This document shows positions 13,028-24,555 of a stretch of DNA of 64,000 bases, in pieces (within the stretch, counting starts at the first letter, position 1; the number at the start of each line of letters is the position of its first letter). Source of the stretch: Paecilomyces variotii (Eukaryota); NCBI GenBank assembly GCA_004022145.1, contig RCNU01000008.1; one strand, written 5' to 3'. A program made the position numbers and the translations under genes. A model generated the notes under the pieces. That model searched no databases, was not told where the DNA came from, and worked only from the letters and a program-made list of their open reading frames with translations.

Positions 13028-14094
13028 ATGGCCAGTCAGAGAATCGGCGTCTTTCCTGCCGCGGGTGGTATTGGTGGTAGCACTGTCAAGTACTTGCTCC
13101 CGCGGCGTCCGGCTAAAGATCTCGTCTTCATCGCTCGGTATCCCGACAAGTTAGAATATGCCTCTGCTGCGGGAGCAACTGTTCGCCAGGCCGATTATGA
13201 TGATGACAAGTCCCTAGAGCATGCTTTTGATGGAATCGACACTCTGTTCCTGATCTCGTATGCTTCAGTTGAAGTGGAGCACCGAGCTGAGGTACGTTCA
13301 GTTCAGTCTTAACTACTACCTAGGTTGTTACTTATAATAATATATATATATATATATGTTTCTTGCCAAGACTAACACGGAAACCAAAAACTTGATAGCG
13401 TCACCGAACTGCAATCGACTACGCTCTCCGTAGTGGTGTGAAATACATTTTCTATGGATCCCTGGGATTCGCTGGCAGTCCAGAAAGCAAAGAGTCAGTT
13501 GCTCATGTGATGCAGGCTCATTTGACTACCGAGAAGTATCTCGAAGAGTGCGCCCGCTCGCATCCCGGATTCGCCTACACCATTGTACGGGAGGGACTGT
13601 ACTCTGAATCGTATCCTCTTTATACCTCGTTCTTTGACCCCGCCGATCCGGTTGATGAGATCAAGATTGCCCACGACGGATCCGGCCCCGGGATTGCCTG
13701 GGTCAAGCGGGAAGAACTGGGAGAGGGAACGGCGGAGCTGTTGAATATCTTCGCTAAGAATCCAGAGGAGTTCAAGTTCCGGAATAAGACGGTTCTCCTT
13801 TCTGGTACCAAGGTGTTGAGTCTTCAGGAGACGGTGGATATTCTGGCTAAGATCGCGAAGAAGCCTGTGAAAATCGTTCAGGTGTCGGATGAAGAGTTCG
13901 CGCGCCAGCCCAAGAATTCGCCGAACTTCACGTATCATGGCGTTGACCTCTCTAAACCATGGGCAACGGCTTTTGAAGCTTTCCGCAGAGGCGAAGCGAG
14001 TAAAGCATCGCCGCTCCTACGTGAACTGCTCGGTCGCGAGCCGGAAGATTTCGAAACCACAATCTCGCGAGCCTACACAACCTCGCAAGCCTAG
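13028..14094 (+). CDS. NmrA-like / atypical SDR NAD(P)-binding oxidoreductase
   Basis: Rossmann motif 'IGVFPAAGGIGGS', 'VRQADYDD...AFDGIDTLFLIS', 'H...EKYL', 'TIVREGLYSE', C-terminal 'LLGREPEDF'. One intron 13292-13398 (GTACGT...GACTAAC...TAG). Confidence 0.85.
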
Positions 14095-14699
14095 TTTGCA
14101 TGGGCGTGGGAGGTTGATCAGTGTTTTTCTCAGCAACAGAAATTCCTCAGATCAAATATAACTTGTCATCAAACTTGCGAGCACGCTCGACTATTATTAC
14201 TGTATACTAGCAAGATGATGAAGGAAAAGAATCGAGTCTGAATTAGATGCGTAACGTCTCATAGATGTACACCAGGAAACATGATCAGAGGTACAAAAAA
14301 AAAACGAATAATGTCCTAATTGGCTACGGTGTAGAACCAGCAGACCGTGAGAAGAATGGAAAGAGAAGCAAAACCGCGAAGAGTCGAATTACAGGCCCTA
14401 CGCGCATAACTTTGTACAGTTCGCAACAGACGACCCCTATCCACGAACGACGGGGCCACCTCCGCGGGGGAATCAGATAAAAAAGCACAAAATGAACTGC
14501 CCTGAAGCTTGAGGGAATATACATTGATATCTTCCAAGGCACTCCTAAATGACAAGACCCTCCACTCCGCTTCTAAGTTGATTGCGGCGGTCCATCTTTC
14601 GACCAACACCAACAAGCCCAGCTACCAGTCCTGCGGCATCGCGCCGAAATGTGACCCTAGACATGAGCGCAAGGGGAATCGTATTCACAAGAAAGGAAT

Positions 14700-15423
14700 T
14701 TACGCGAAGAGGACGGCGGCCAGGGCGGCAACACCACCGAAGACGAAGGAGTTGCCGACGGTGCTGGCGGCACCGGTGAAAGCCGGGGGAGAGGGGGTGG
14801 CAGAGCCGGAACTGTGGATATATTGTTAGTTGATGGATTCTTCGTGAGATCAGTTTGAAGAATCGAGGAATGACTTACGGAGTGGGAGAGCCGGAGGGCT
14901 TTCCGGGGTAGCCAGTGCCAGCAGGGACGGCGGGGGTGGCACCAGGAGCCTTGGGGGCAGGGCCACCAGCAGCGCTGGAGGGAGCCAGAGTGACGGTCGA
15001 GTAGCTCACGCTGGGAACGCAGGTGGAGATGGTGATGACCGAGATGCTGGGGGCAGCAGCAGAGCTGGGGTACGGGGGCTGGGCGGCAGCGCTGCTGACG
15101 GGAGCGGGAGCGGAGGGAGCGGGACCGGAGGCCACGGGGCTCACCGAGGCGGGACCGCTGGGGGCAGCGCCGCTGGTAGCGGGAGCAGAGCCGCCGGCGG
15201 CAGAGGTGGTGATGGCGGGAGCGGGAGCCTCCGAGCTGCCCTCAGGGGCGACAGAGGAAACAGCCGGGGCAGCAGTGGCGCTGTGCTTGCGGGCCGGGCA
15301 GTTGGTGACGGTGGGAGCACACGAGGTGATGGTGACATCCTCGGTCTGGTAGACCGTCTCAGCGGCCTGGGGGAGGGCAGCGGCAAGGCCGGCCAGGAGA
15401 GCAACGGAGGCAGCGAAACGCAT
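14700..15423 (-). CDS. GPI-anchored Ser/Pro/Ala-rich cell wall protein
   Basis: Signal peptide MRFAASVALLAGLAAA, motif 'TEDVTITSCAPTVTNCP', low-complexity stalk. Intron 14878-14812. Exon 2 ends with GPI signal 'PAFTGAASTVGNSFVFGGVAALAAVLFA*'. Confidence 0.85.
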
Positions 15424-18250
15424 CTTGAATTCGTTGATAGAGGGGGTATTTCAGGAAATGAAATCCGTCAAGGCGTCGAAGCGAAAGAAGGGAGTGCGGG
15501 TTTGCAAGAGAGCGGTGGTAGTTGGTAAAAAAGAATGGACGTTGACCGAAGTCAGAAGCAGGACACTGCAAGCACGAAGAAGGGAGTCTTGGTGGGACTT
15601 GGAGTATGAGAAGAAGAAGAAAGAAAGAAAGAAAGGAACAGCCAGCCCGGGGGATGCTGGGGGCTCTTTGTATGAGCTGGGAGATTAACCTGGAGATCCT
15701 CACGGAGGCCCAAAAAGGGGGGGCGCTTGGGGAGTGGACCGGCCAGCAAACGCGTCCCTCGACTTGTTGTATTCTAACTTGGTTAAAGCCAGAGAGAAAC
15801 ACAAACACAGAAACACCACGGCCGAAGCGATCACTGGGTCTGAGAGCAGCGTGCCGTGCTGGGTTGGCAGACTAGCCATTGCCATAGACTAGATAGCCCA
15901 AGTGGAGGCCGGTGGTCCGCGGTGGCTGATCGTTGTCGTGCGGGTTTCCTTAGGGCCTCCTGATAATCACTGTCAACGGCGAGGACGGAGTATAATGATA
16001 CTAGTTACTAGTGACCTAGTTACTCCTGTTCCTGAGAGTCGACAATGCGAGACCACTCGACTTGATGGTATCTACTCTAGATATTCTGCTCTGCTCTGCC
16101 CTGTTCTATCTATCTATCTATCTACTGTAGACTACTAGATCCCAGCTGTCGAGAATTCCGGGGAAACCGGGCTGTTTATTCGTTCTGCCACTCGATCTGG
16201 CAGTGTTTCAGGAACCATCGCACTTGCCGCCCAGCACGGCTAGTCAGGGGGTTGTGTTCCCGCCTAGCGTCATCTTCACCGCCAATTACTGCTGGTCAGA
16301 TGGATCGGATAAGCAACTCGCCCCCTGAAGCGAAAACTGCACTGGCTGTGGTCGTGATACAAAGTCGCACTGGGCGTTGCAGCACGCTCTCTAGAGTTGC
16401 TCTAGAGTTGCTCTAGCGGCCAGCTCAGCAGCCATCCTGCTCCTTCATTGTCCCCTGTCCAAATGAACGCTCCGCCGCTCGGGGAATTGATTGGTCTCCC
16501 TCAGCTCGCTTGCTTTTTGATGACTTCGATGCTAGCGTCGTCTCTTTCTGCTCTCTCACTGCTCATCCGACAATCCCTTCTCCAAACGTGTACAACGGTA
16601 ATCCCGTAAGTGACAGTAATCATTAATGAGTAATCATATCGGGAATCTCCGTCTCTTTTTTTCTCTCTCTCTCTCAATCAGATACCATAGTTATCGCAAA
16701 GTCAAAACAAACTCTGCTGCTAGAGCATCTAGGGCAGCCCTTCTAAACAAGTCCCAGAATCCAGACTCCAGACCCATCACAGTCATGGATCCAGTAGCTA
16801 CTATTTCCGGAAATGAGAAGTCCGGACTCCTCGATATTAATCTAAATGCGGATGATGGAAAATACGGGGTAACGTTGGAAGGGAAAAACGGTAGATAGGT
16901 TTGGCCGCTGCAGAGTCCAGTCAAGCCGACTAAAGACGCCACAGCATGTCTCCTTCCGGAAGCACCTGCGAGATCTAGGGTCTGATGGATCATGGACCCC
17001 AGTAGTGCTACCCTATCGAGCGTGCTATTTTGCGAGCGGACGCTTCTTTTTTGGACACTCCAAGCTAGCCGCCTTTGCGGGCGGGAAGATCAGAATCAAA
17101 GGAACAGACTATCGACGTCTGGACTCGATCGCATACATATTATTATCACAGACAAGCATCAGACATGGGCGCCATAAAAGTATATCCTGCTCGACCAGGC
17201 GAGCCATTCTGTCCTGCCGTTACGCCACCACGAGCACCGTGTCTGCTGGCCAGCTCGGTTCTCAGGAACAGTCTGGGCGTACTTAGCCGCTGCAACATCA
17301 TACTCAATCCGACGGTCTTCAGATGCGAATGCCGACATTGAACGCCGAGAATCGAATCAAGAAAAGGCCAGGAGATTTCTCTCATCCACCCTTATTATTT
17401 GACACGCTATTCTATTATTATTTCCACCTGGTCTCGGTGAGATTCCGATCCCTGCCAAGCTACCGGTCTTTGCTGACAATATGCGATGATCTCGCACCAC
17501 AGGTTCGGAGACGTTCACATTTGCATCAGACTTGACTCGTCCCTATCCCCCTCTCGCCGTTCAACATCACTTCCATCGAGCACAACCTGACAGGAGTTCT
17601 TTCGAGAACTCGAGACACCTCCAACCTATCCCCTGGACTGCTTGATACGATGACATTATGGCATTATACACCACCGGGAGACAAAACGAAGCGAGGTCGG
17701 TCCAGACTGGAAACACGAGAAGCATCTCGATAATTCTGTCAATTGGCAAGGTCTGCAGAGCGCTACACAATACCAAGGGTTCAAGAAACGACCCTCAAGC
17801 TTGAGATTTGGACTGCTTCTAGTCCTAAGATATATCTTGTTTGATGGCCTCTCTTAGCCACAGGTACCTACTGTCCCAGCTACTAACCGCCAGGATAGAC
17901 TCTTTGCGTCCGATCGCCCAAAAAGGACTGCTGATATCGTAGGGTTTCAACATCAGTAACTACTACTACTACTAACTAACATACTCCAGTGAATTATCAG
18001 ATCATCAAACTTGTAGTTACTCCACAATATCCACAAAAAGACCTTTGACAAGATAATAATAACATCCTACGCAGATGTGATAATAACCCATAATATCTAT
18101 GACTTCATTTCTAACCGTGAGTCATCACGTGCAATAACTAACTATCCAACGCACAACTTCGAGAAAGAAAAAAAAAATCACCAAGACTCCATAATTTTCC
18201 CCTCCCGGATATAACTCCTCTTTGTCAACCCACAAAGCAAACGCCAGATA

Positions 18251-18420
18251 ATCTATCAATCAATCATCCATTTGCGACAGGTTCTTCGAATCGTGATTAT
18301 AGGATAGAACTTAGTTACTAGATTATTACTTGATTACTACCATAGATCCTTTGCATACCTATACTTAGGGAGATAAACATGGGTTCATATCCCCCCCTGG
18401 AGACCTAGAAGTAAGTAAGC
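18251..18420. repeat. Diverged dispersed repeat, copy 1 (homologous to ~51124-51280)
   Basis: Collinear shared blocks ATCTATC..TCATCC, TTATAGGATAGAA, TACTAGATTA, TAGATCCTTTG and AGATA(A/G)A(C/T)ATGGG, in the same order and orientation as the 51.1-kb copy. Ends are approximate. Confidence 0.6.
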
Positions 18421-19171
18421 AAGTAAGTAAATTCAAGGGTGTTTAGGTCAGGTTAGGTCAGGTCAGATTATGCTTTCCGTGCTGCTATTCAATAGGTATG
18501 CGACACTCTTACTGTAGCCCAGTAATATAGCCCAGACCAGGGTAATTACTACTGGCTAAATTAGCGGTGGTAACTAGGGACTGAGAAATAAATAAATGAC
18601 AGATTTACTTCATGATATGAGATATCCTTGTTATACATGTAGGTGGTGGGGAGGCGGGGTAGTTATATATAAACATATATAGGAACGGATATAGATTCGA
18701 GAACAGCCGAATGCGCAGACAAGTTAAGGTATAGAGTCTATGATATCAGCATCTACGAAAGAGGATCGAACTTTTTGTTTAGATGATATTCATATTCGAA
18801 TTCGGGTATCTAACTTTGTTATGCACTGGGTCTATTTAGACCGTCCCCAGCCTGAGCTAGAGATAGCAAAAAAAAAAAAAGAGGAAACAAAACCACTCTA
18901 TATAATAAATCAGGTCGTTGGCATCGCGCAAATCTGGGCATGACAGTCATAATGATTCAAAATCGACAAGGCAGTGAGCGAAGATCAAAGGAGAGTCGGC
19001 CAACTCCAACTGAAGGATGACTGCAGTAATACCAATAAATCCGACTCCGTACGAAAATATGTCGAACGCCGTAGATTGTGTGTCCCTGAGATAAATCGGG
19101 ATAAGGAATGTTTTGGTGATTTGGGGTTTTTTGTTTTGTTTTTAAGAATGTGGTGATGGTGCCTGCGTCAC

Positions 19172-20206
19172 TTAGACGTGTCTGTAGGGTTCGTAGGCGG
19201 TGGTTCTCATGTTGTAGGCAGGGGCGGGAACATTGGCAGGATGTTCCTGGTTGGCGCCGTGGGCGTACGTGCTGCCAACCGGCTCGTAGGTGTAGGGGGC
19301 CTTCTCAGCACCGACGACGCCGCGGTTGCGTCTGTTGCCGCGGGGAGAGCTGCCCGAGCAGCAGCACGAGCTGAGCATCCAGAAGAGACTGGCTGCCAGA
19401 GAGAAGGCGACGGCGAGCCAGGTGGTGACATACATGTTCCTGCCCATGCTGCCGGTGATTCCATAGGACTTCAGCTCCTTGTTGAAGGCGTTCGTCAAAA
19501 CGACGTACATGGCGGTAGCGGTGACCGAGGCGGCGATGGTGAAGAGCAGCGACACGGTGGAAACCAGACTGGTGATGCAACTTCCCAATCGACTGCAGAT
19601 GGCAGTGAGGCCGACGACTAGTTCCACAACAGTAGCCGCGAAAGCGATGATGTAGGCGATAAACATCCACTTGGTCACCGCCTTGTACGTGTTGAGTTCC
19701 TTTTGCAGACTGTCGGGGAGGATGTCCTCGATGCCAGTGCCGTTCAGGTTCCAGACCTGCACCGGGTTGAACCAGAATCCCGCCTTGGCCTTGGAGCAGT
19801 TGGTGGTCTTGAACTCGTCGTTGGTAACGTCTCCGTCACAGTAACCAAACAGTCCAATGTCGTAGAAATCCTTCAGGTTCAGCTCCTTTTCTGCTTCGTT
19901 CAGCAGCGAGCTCAAGTTGCTGCTTGTGTCGGACGCGCCCAGGGCGCTCGATAACGTTGAACTGACATCCGAAGCAGTCGTTGTGAGATTTTGGAGATCC
20001 GCCTGGGAAGTATTAGTCCATGTTAAATCAACACCATCATCTTTGGGGTAATGACCGGGTCAACATACGCGGAAGAAATAGAGGTTATTGAGAGTGCTGG
20101 AGTTCTTATTGGTGCATCCCACACCAACGAGGATGAGACAGATTAACGATGCAATGGTCAAGAGATATGGTGTGAAGATGCACACGATTCTGCCTGCTTT
20201 TCCCAT
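19172..20206 (-). CDS. Sur7/PalI-family tetraspan membrane protein (Pun1-like)
   Basis: N-terminus 'MGKAGRIVCIFTPYLLTIASLICLILVGVGCTN', loop motif 'DFYDIGLFGYCDG...NCSKAKAGFWFNP', three further TM helices, Cys cluster 'SSCCCSG'. One intron ~20068-20003. Confidence 0.85.
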
Positions 20207-21302
20207 TGTGTAGATAGTTTTCAGAAATGGCAATGCACGGGCCGCAATGTCAGTAGTAGTAGTAGTAGTCTAGTGGAGTCTGGACTCTTCTGGCGATGTA
20301 TAGCGACTGTCTCTGACCGATGGAAACGAATGATCGATAGATGCAACCCGGGAGGACAGCTGGTATCAGGAGAGCGAAGGACAGATGAAGAGGTAATAAT
20401 AATAATCAGTGAGAGGAAGGAAGGAAGGGAGGAAGGGCGGAAGACGGCTAATTAAAAAAGATGAGGCCGGATGACCGTTTTCACAGCCAGGCATTGGCGG
20501 GACGTCAGCACTGGAGATGGATCGCCTGGCTCAGCCTCTCAGGTCTGCGCGCGTGGCCGCGATGACTCCGCTGCGCCACTGCCGTTTCTATTCTTATCTA
20601 GATAATATAAATATTGTGGTTGGTGCCTCGTGGCGGTGGTTGGCTCTCTCAGGCAACCAGTCCACATTGGACCAACCACCGTTGTCGCTGGCCGCGCGGC
20701 CCCACTGTCCACGTCTCGCGGGAAACACGAGGCTTGGCATTCGAGACCGATAGACACAGGATATACCGAAGATGGACACAAGATAGACACACAGATGCAC
20801 AGATACGGCAGTCCTGAACGGTTGACATGCAATTTAAACTTTTCTTAGTTGCGCACTGAAATTCGGGTATCTTCTGCCTCACAGCCCTAAGATGATCGTC
20901 ACTGCTTCGCAACTAGGGAACTTGTTTCGTTTTAGCTTTTTACTGCGAAAAATTCAATAATTGCTGCGCCGCATACCCTGACGTTTCTTGCGAATGTACT
21001 TGTTACAATTGAAGGAACCGCAGTTGTCCAAGGAGAGGACGTGCCGTTGGGTCCCGTCCACCCACAGACGAAACAGGAACAGATAAGATAACTATGATCT
21101 TCAACATCTATAGCTTAGGTATCTAGTGCAGCACTTTCGAGCACGAAACTATTAATTCACTAGTACAACACAAGTAGCTTTAACGGCCAAACCCACTCTT
21201 GCAAGCAGCTACTCTACACCATTAGATCCTAAAATACAGCTCCATTTCCATATCAATATTCAACGCAAATCTCTGATATCCGCTATACTGGCAGTCGGCC
21301 GG

Positions 21303-22429
21303 TCAAGGATCATGCTCATGGACAATCTCGCCCTCCGCCGGCGTGAACGGATGATTCTGCGGATCGCCCTCGATTCGACGCGCATAGGCCCACTCGAGAA
21401 CGGTGTCGAAATTACGACATCTATGAGGCGTGCTGAAGTCGGGATAAGGCCGTTGTTCGCGTCCCTTCACGTACTTGTACCCATAGATACCCGCGTCCGC
21501 ATTGCACATGAGCACCTGTCGGAGCATTTCCGTGCAGTGGTAAAGGTGGTTCTCCAGTTCAGCTCCTGAGTCACTGAACTCACTGCCCTGATTCCGGTAG
21601 TAAGGATAGTTGAACCATGCAGCCTTGCGGAGGAAGTTCTGTGGATGCGGATACTCCTGCCTTAGCCTCTGTTCCGAGAAGGGAAACCAGACGGGGATCA
21701 TCCATGGATAATAATACCAAGCCGAAAGAGGGAACTTACTACGCAGTGAAGTTGATGGTTCACCTCCACAGAGGCCATGTATTCACCGCTGCCTTTGTAG
21801 CCGGGAGGGATTCGTACATCTCCTTTTTCGAGGCCTGCTTTGAGAGCTTCGTGCTCTGGAAGAGAAAAGACGCCCACTAGTTCCGGTCAGCGACGTTCCA
21901 AGCCTCGATATGATAGGGGTATCTCATAATTCCATACTGCCGAGTGAAATATAGCTCCATGCTGCGTCGACTTCAGGCCCTGGTGGAGCGCGGTAGATAG
22001 ATTCGGCATGCAGAGAGCCGTTGAATTTGGTCGTCATGTAGGGATCTTTAATCTGCGCTAAGATGGGGCCTATCGTCCACACATTAGCTGGACTGCAGAA
22101 TGAACAGACTGGAGCTTGTAAGGAGAGGACAGCATACTGTAATAGCTACCATGCTTCAAGCAGAAGCGATCAACTTCTCGAAGAGACACCCACCAGAAAG
22201 TTGCAAACAGCATTGAGCTGACGATGAATAGGAGGAGGGACGTGAACAGCAATCCGTATATCCACTTGTTCAACGGTCGAGGCATATGCTTCATCGCCAG
22301 AGCAATCGATCCATGGAATTTGTCGGTCTTTTCATCGTGTAACAGCATGTCCGTATCTTCCATCTTGCGCGAGAAGGAGTTTTCTCCCGCTTCTTCCTCC
22401 GAGGAACTGACTGGACTATAGAGCGACAT
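21303..22429 (-). CDS. DUF3328 / UstYa-family oxidase (RiPP tailoring enzyme), copy A
   Basis: N-terminal TM anchor (WIYGLLFTSLLLFIVSSMLF), 'KFNGSL...IYRAPPGPEVDAAW', motif 1 'VEVNHQLHC', motif 2 'NHLYHCTEMLRQVLMCNAD', C-terminal 'PDFSTPHRCRNFD'. Four exons with GT-AG introns near 22137-22070, 21937-21878 and ~21740-21636. Confidence 0.9.
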
Positions 22430-23490
22430 CTCTGATCTCCCTTGCAAAATAACAGCGACATATGGACAAGGTGAAAAGAAGCAATCGATAATATGCTATT
22501 TCACTATTTCACTTGTGTCTAGGAGGAAAGACTGAGCTAGACTCAGGTTCAGACTCAGCCTTTGGTCTCGAACAGGATCTAGCCCGTGCTGGTTCAGAAG
22601 TACGATTGACAAAGAAGGCATCCAATAGCCTGACAGAGATTCTAATCGTTCCATACGCGCGCGGCCACTGGTAGTCGACTACTTGGGGAACAAAGATTCT
22701 TTGTTCGAAGAAGCTCAGATACCTCAGATCAGTCTAAAGCATATATTCGCCATCATGTTCTTGATCCGTCCAGAGACAGCATCATGCAGCTGAGGAAAGG
22801 ATGAGACAGGTCAGAACGCACGGTATAACAGATAAATAAAGCAACCACCCCTTCCCATGGCATTATTGGCTTACTGTTTCTTGTTATTATAGATTGTCAC
22901 CTGGTTTGAACTTATTAGGTCGCGTGATCAGTCTTGAAAGGCGTGAAAGCCAACACGCCCGATATTGGAAAAGCACAAGTACGACCCGTCAGTATAGCAT
23001 AAGCTGCACAAAGAGAAGAAACTTCAGGTTGAGACAGCTAGAACCTTCTTCTCCGTTAACGGCGTATTCGAGAGTAAGGTTTCAATATTGGCTGACGCCG
23101 TGTGGCTTCTGATTAGGCTTCGAGACATCGGTAACCTATGGAGCTCTTCCCTGCGATTGACCGGGCAATCAAAGCCAGGAATAAAGAAGGTTGACTGCAT
23201 GAAAGAGATTTACCTTTGCATGATCGGATAACTGGCACAGAACAGATCCTTACACAGTGCGCGAGGATGACATAGCGTCGAGACTATCACTCCTCTCCAT
23301 GAAAAAGAAGGTGGACACAAACTTTTACGAGAATTTTGGAATTGCTTCTCATAGCAGTATAAAACAGCCCAGTATTCCCATCCAAGTAATCTTCTCTCAC
23401 TTTTATCTATCAGAGCCAGATCCCTCTTTTCGACTATCCACAACCGACCTGTTTCCATCTCCAAGAACGTCTCTCTTTCAAATCTTCAAA

Positions 23491-23961
23491 ATGATCGCAA
23501 AGCTGTTTACTCTCGCAGCCGTCATTGCTCTGGCTACCGCTGCGCCAGTCTCCACCTGTAAGACAAATCTTGACCGTCAATTGACATTGCTAATGGTAGA
23601 TAAACTAGCATCCGAGATCGCCGCTAAGCGTGATCCCGCTAATGACCTGATCGAATACTACATCGATGGACCTTCTGAGAACGATAAAAAGCGCGATGTG
23701 AAAATGAGACGCGATCCCGAAAACGATCTCGTTGTCTTCTACATCCCCGAGGAATCCAAGACCACGAAGCGTGATTCTGAGAATGAACTCGTGAAATTCT
23801 ACGTCGGAAAGGAAGATGTCGACAAGAGGAGCAACAATGGCTTGCCGGTCTACTCTTCCGTCGACGCGGATGGTCTGAGGCGGCGCGACTCCGAGAATGA
23901 ACTTGTCAAGTTCTACGTTGGAGCGGAATCTACTGAGAAGAGGAACAATGATGCTGTCTAG
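23491..23961 (+). CDS. Secreted Kex2-processed repeat protein (KEP), candidate RiPP precursor peptide
   Basis: Signal peptide MIAKLFTLAAVIALATA-AP, probable 51-nt intron 23558-23608. Then units delimited by KR/RR: DPANDLIEYYIDGPSENDKKR, DPENDLVVFYIPEESKTTKR, DSENELVKFYVGKEDVDKR, SNNGLPVYSSVDADGLRRR, DSENELVKFYVGAESTEKR. Lies between two DUF3328 genes. Confidence 0.88.
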   Translation: MIAKLFTLAAVIALATAAPVSTCKTNLDRQLTLLMVDKLASEIAAKRDPANDLIEYYIDGPSENDKKRDVKMRRDPENDLVVFYIPEESKTTKRDSENELVKFYVGKEDVDKRSNNGLPVYSSVDADGLRRRDSENELVKFYVGAESTEKRNNDAV

Positions 23962-24555
23962 GTGTGTAGTCTACGGACTAGGCACTAGGCTTCTGCGGAG
24001 CTTCCTAGAGGTGTTGAGACTTGGAGGGAAAGTAGTTCAGGCTTCAGACATTCCTTTAGTGTTTCGTTTCTGTCGTCTTTGAATCTTTTCGCTTTGTGCA
24101 TCCTATGCACGATGCAACTCCGACGTTCCTTAGTTTGAATTGTAGTTTTAGTTATCTTGGTAGCTACGTTCGAAGTGGCTTCATTCTGTAATACATCTGT
24201 TTACCTCCGAATAAGGCCATGAGAATCTGTAACACAGTTATCATAAAGTGTAGTAGTAGGGCTACATGTAAGTCCAGTCCTACTCAAGTCGTATAGCGCG
24301 CAGGGATACAGGTAGTATCAAGAAGTCCGAAAAATACCGCCAAGCGAGTCTAACTGTAAGTATGTGCATAGTAAAGATTAGAACAAAGAAAACTAAATCC
24401 AGCGTATCATGGCCGGGCCAGGAGCAGCTTAAAGTATCTCCTGTGACCATTCAGATAGATGAATCTCTCTCTCTCCATCGATGTTCCATCCTATCTGCAT
24501 CTCAACTAGAGAACCCCAAGAGAAAGAGAGGAAAAACACGAGTCAAGCCTCAATA

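Noticed and set aside
16389-16416. CTCTAGAGTTG tandem repeat and other microsatellites (GA at ~1288, GAA at ~43089, TTAA at ~38541)
   Set aside because: Ordinary slippage repeats with no spacers. Not CRISPR-like and no evident function.
23257-23490. N-terminal extension of the precursor in the ORF track (234 aa from a GTG)
   Set aside because: ATG 23491 has a good context (TTCAAAATG) and begins a clean signal peptide. The upstream part includes a TATA-like TATAAAA (~23358) and a pyrimidine-rich leader.
23491-23961. Alpha-type mating pheromone precursor (PpgA) as the identity of the repeat protein
   Set aside because: Eurotiales PpgA repeats carry a Trp/Cys-containing WC...GxxC peptide. These repeats have no Cys or Trp and the gene is flanked by DUF3328 oxidases.
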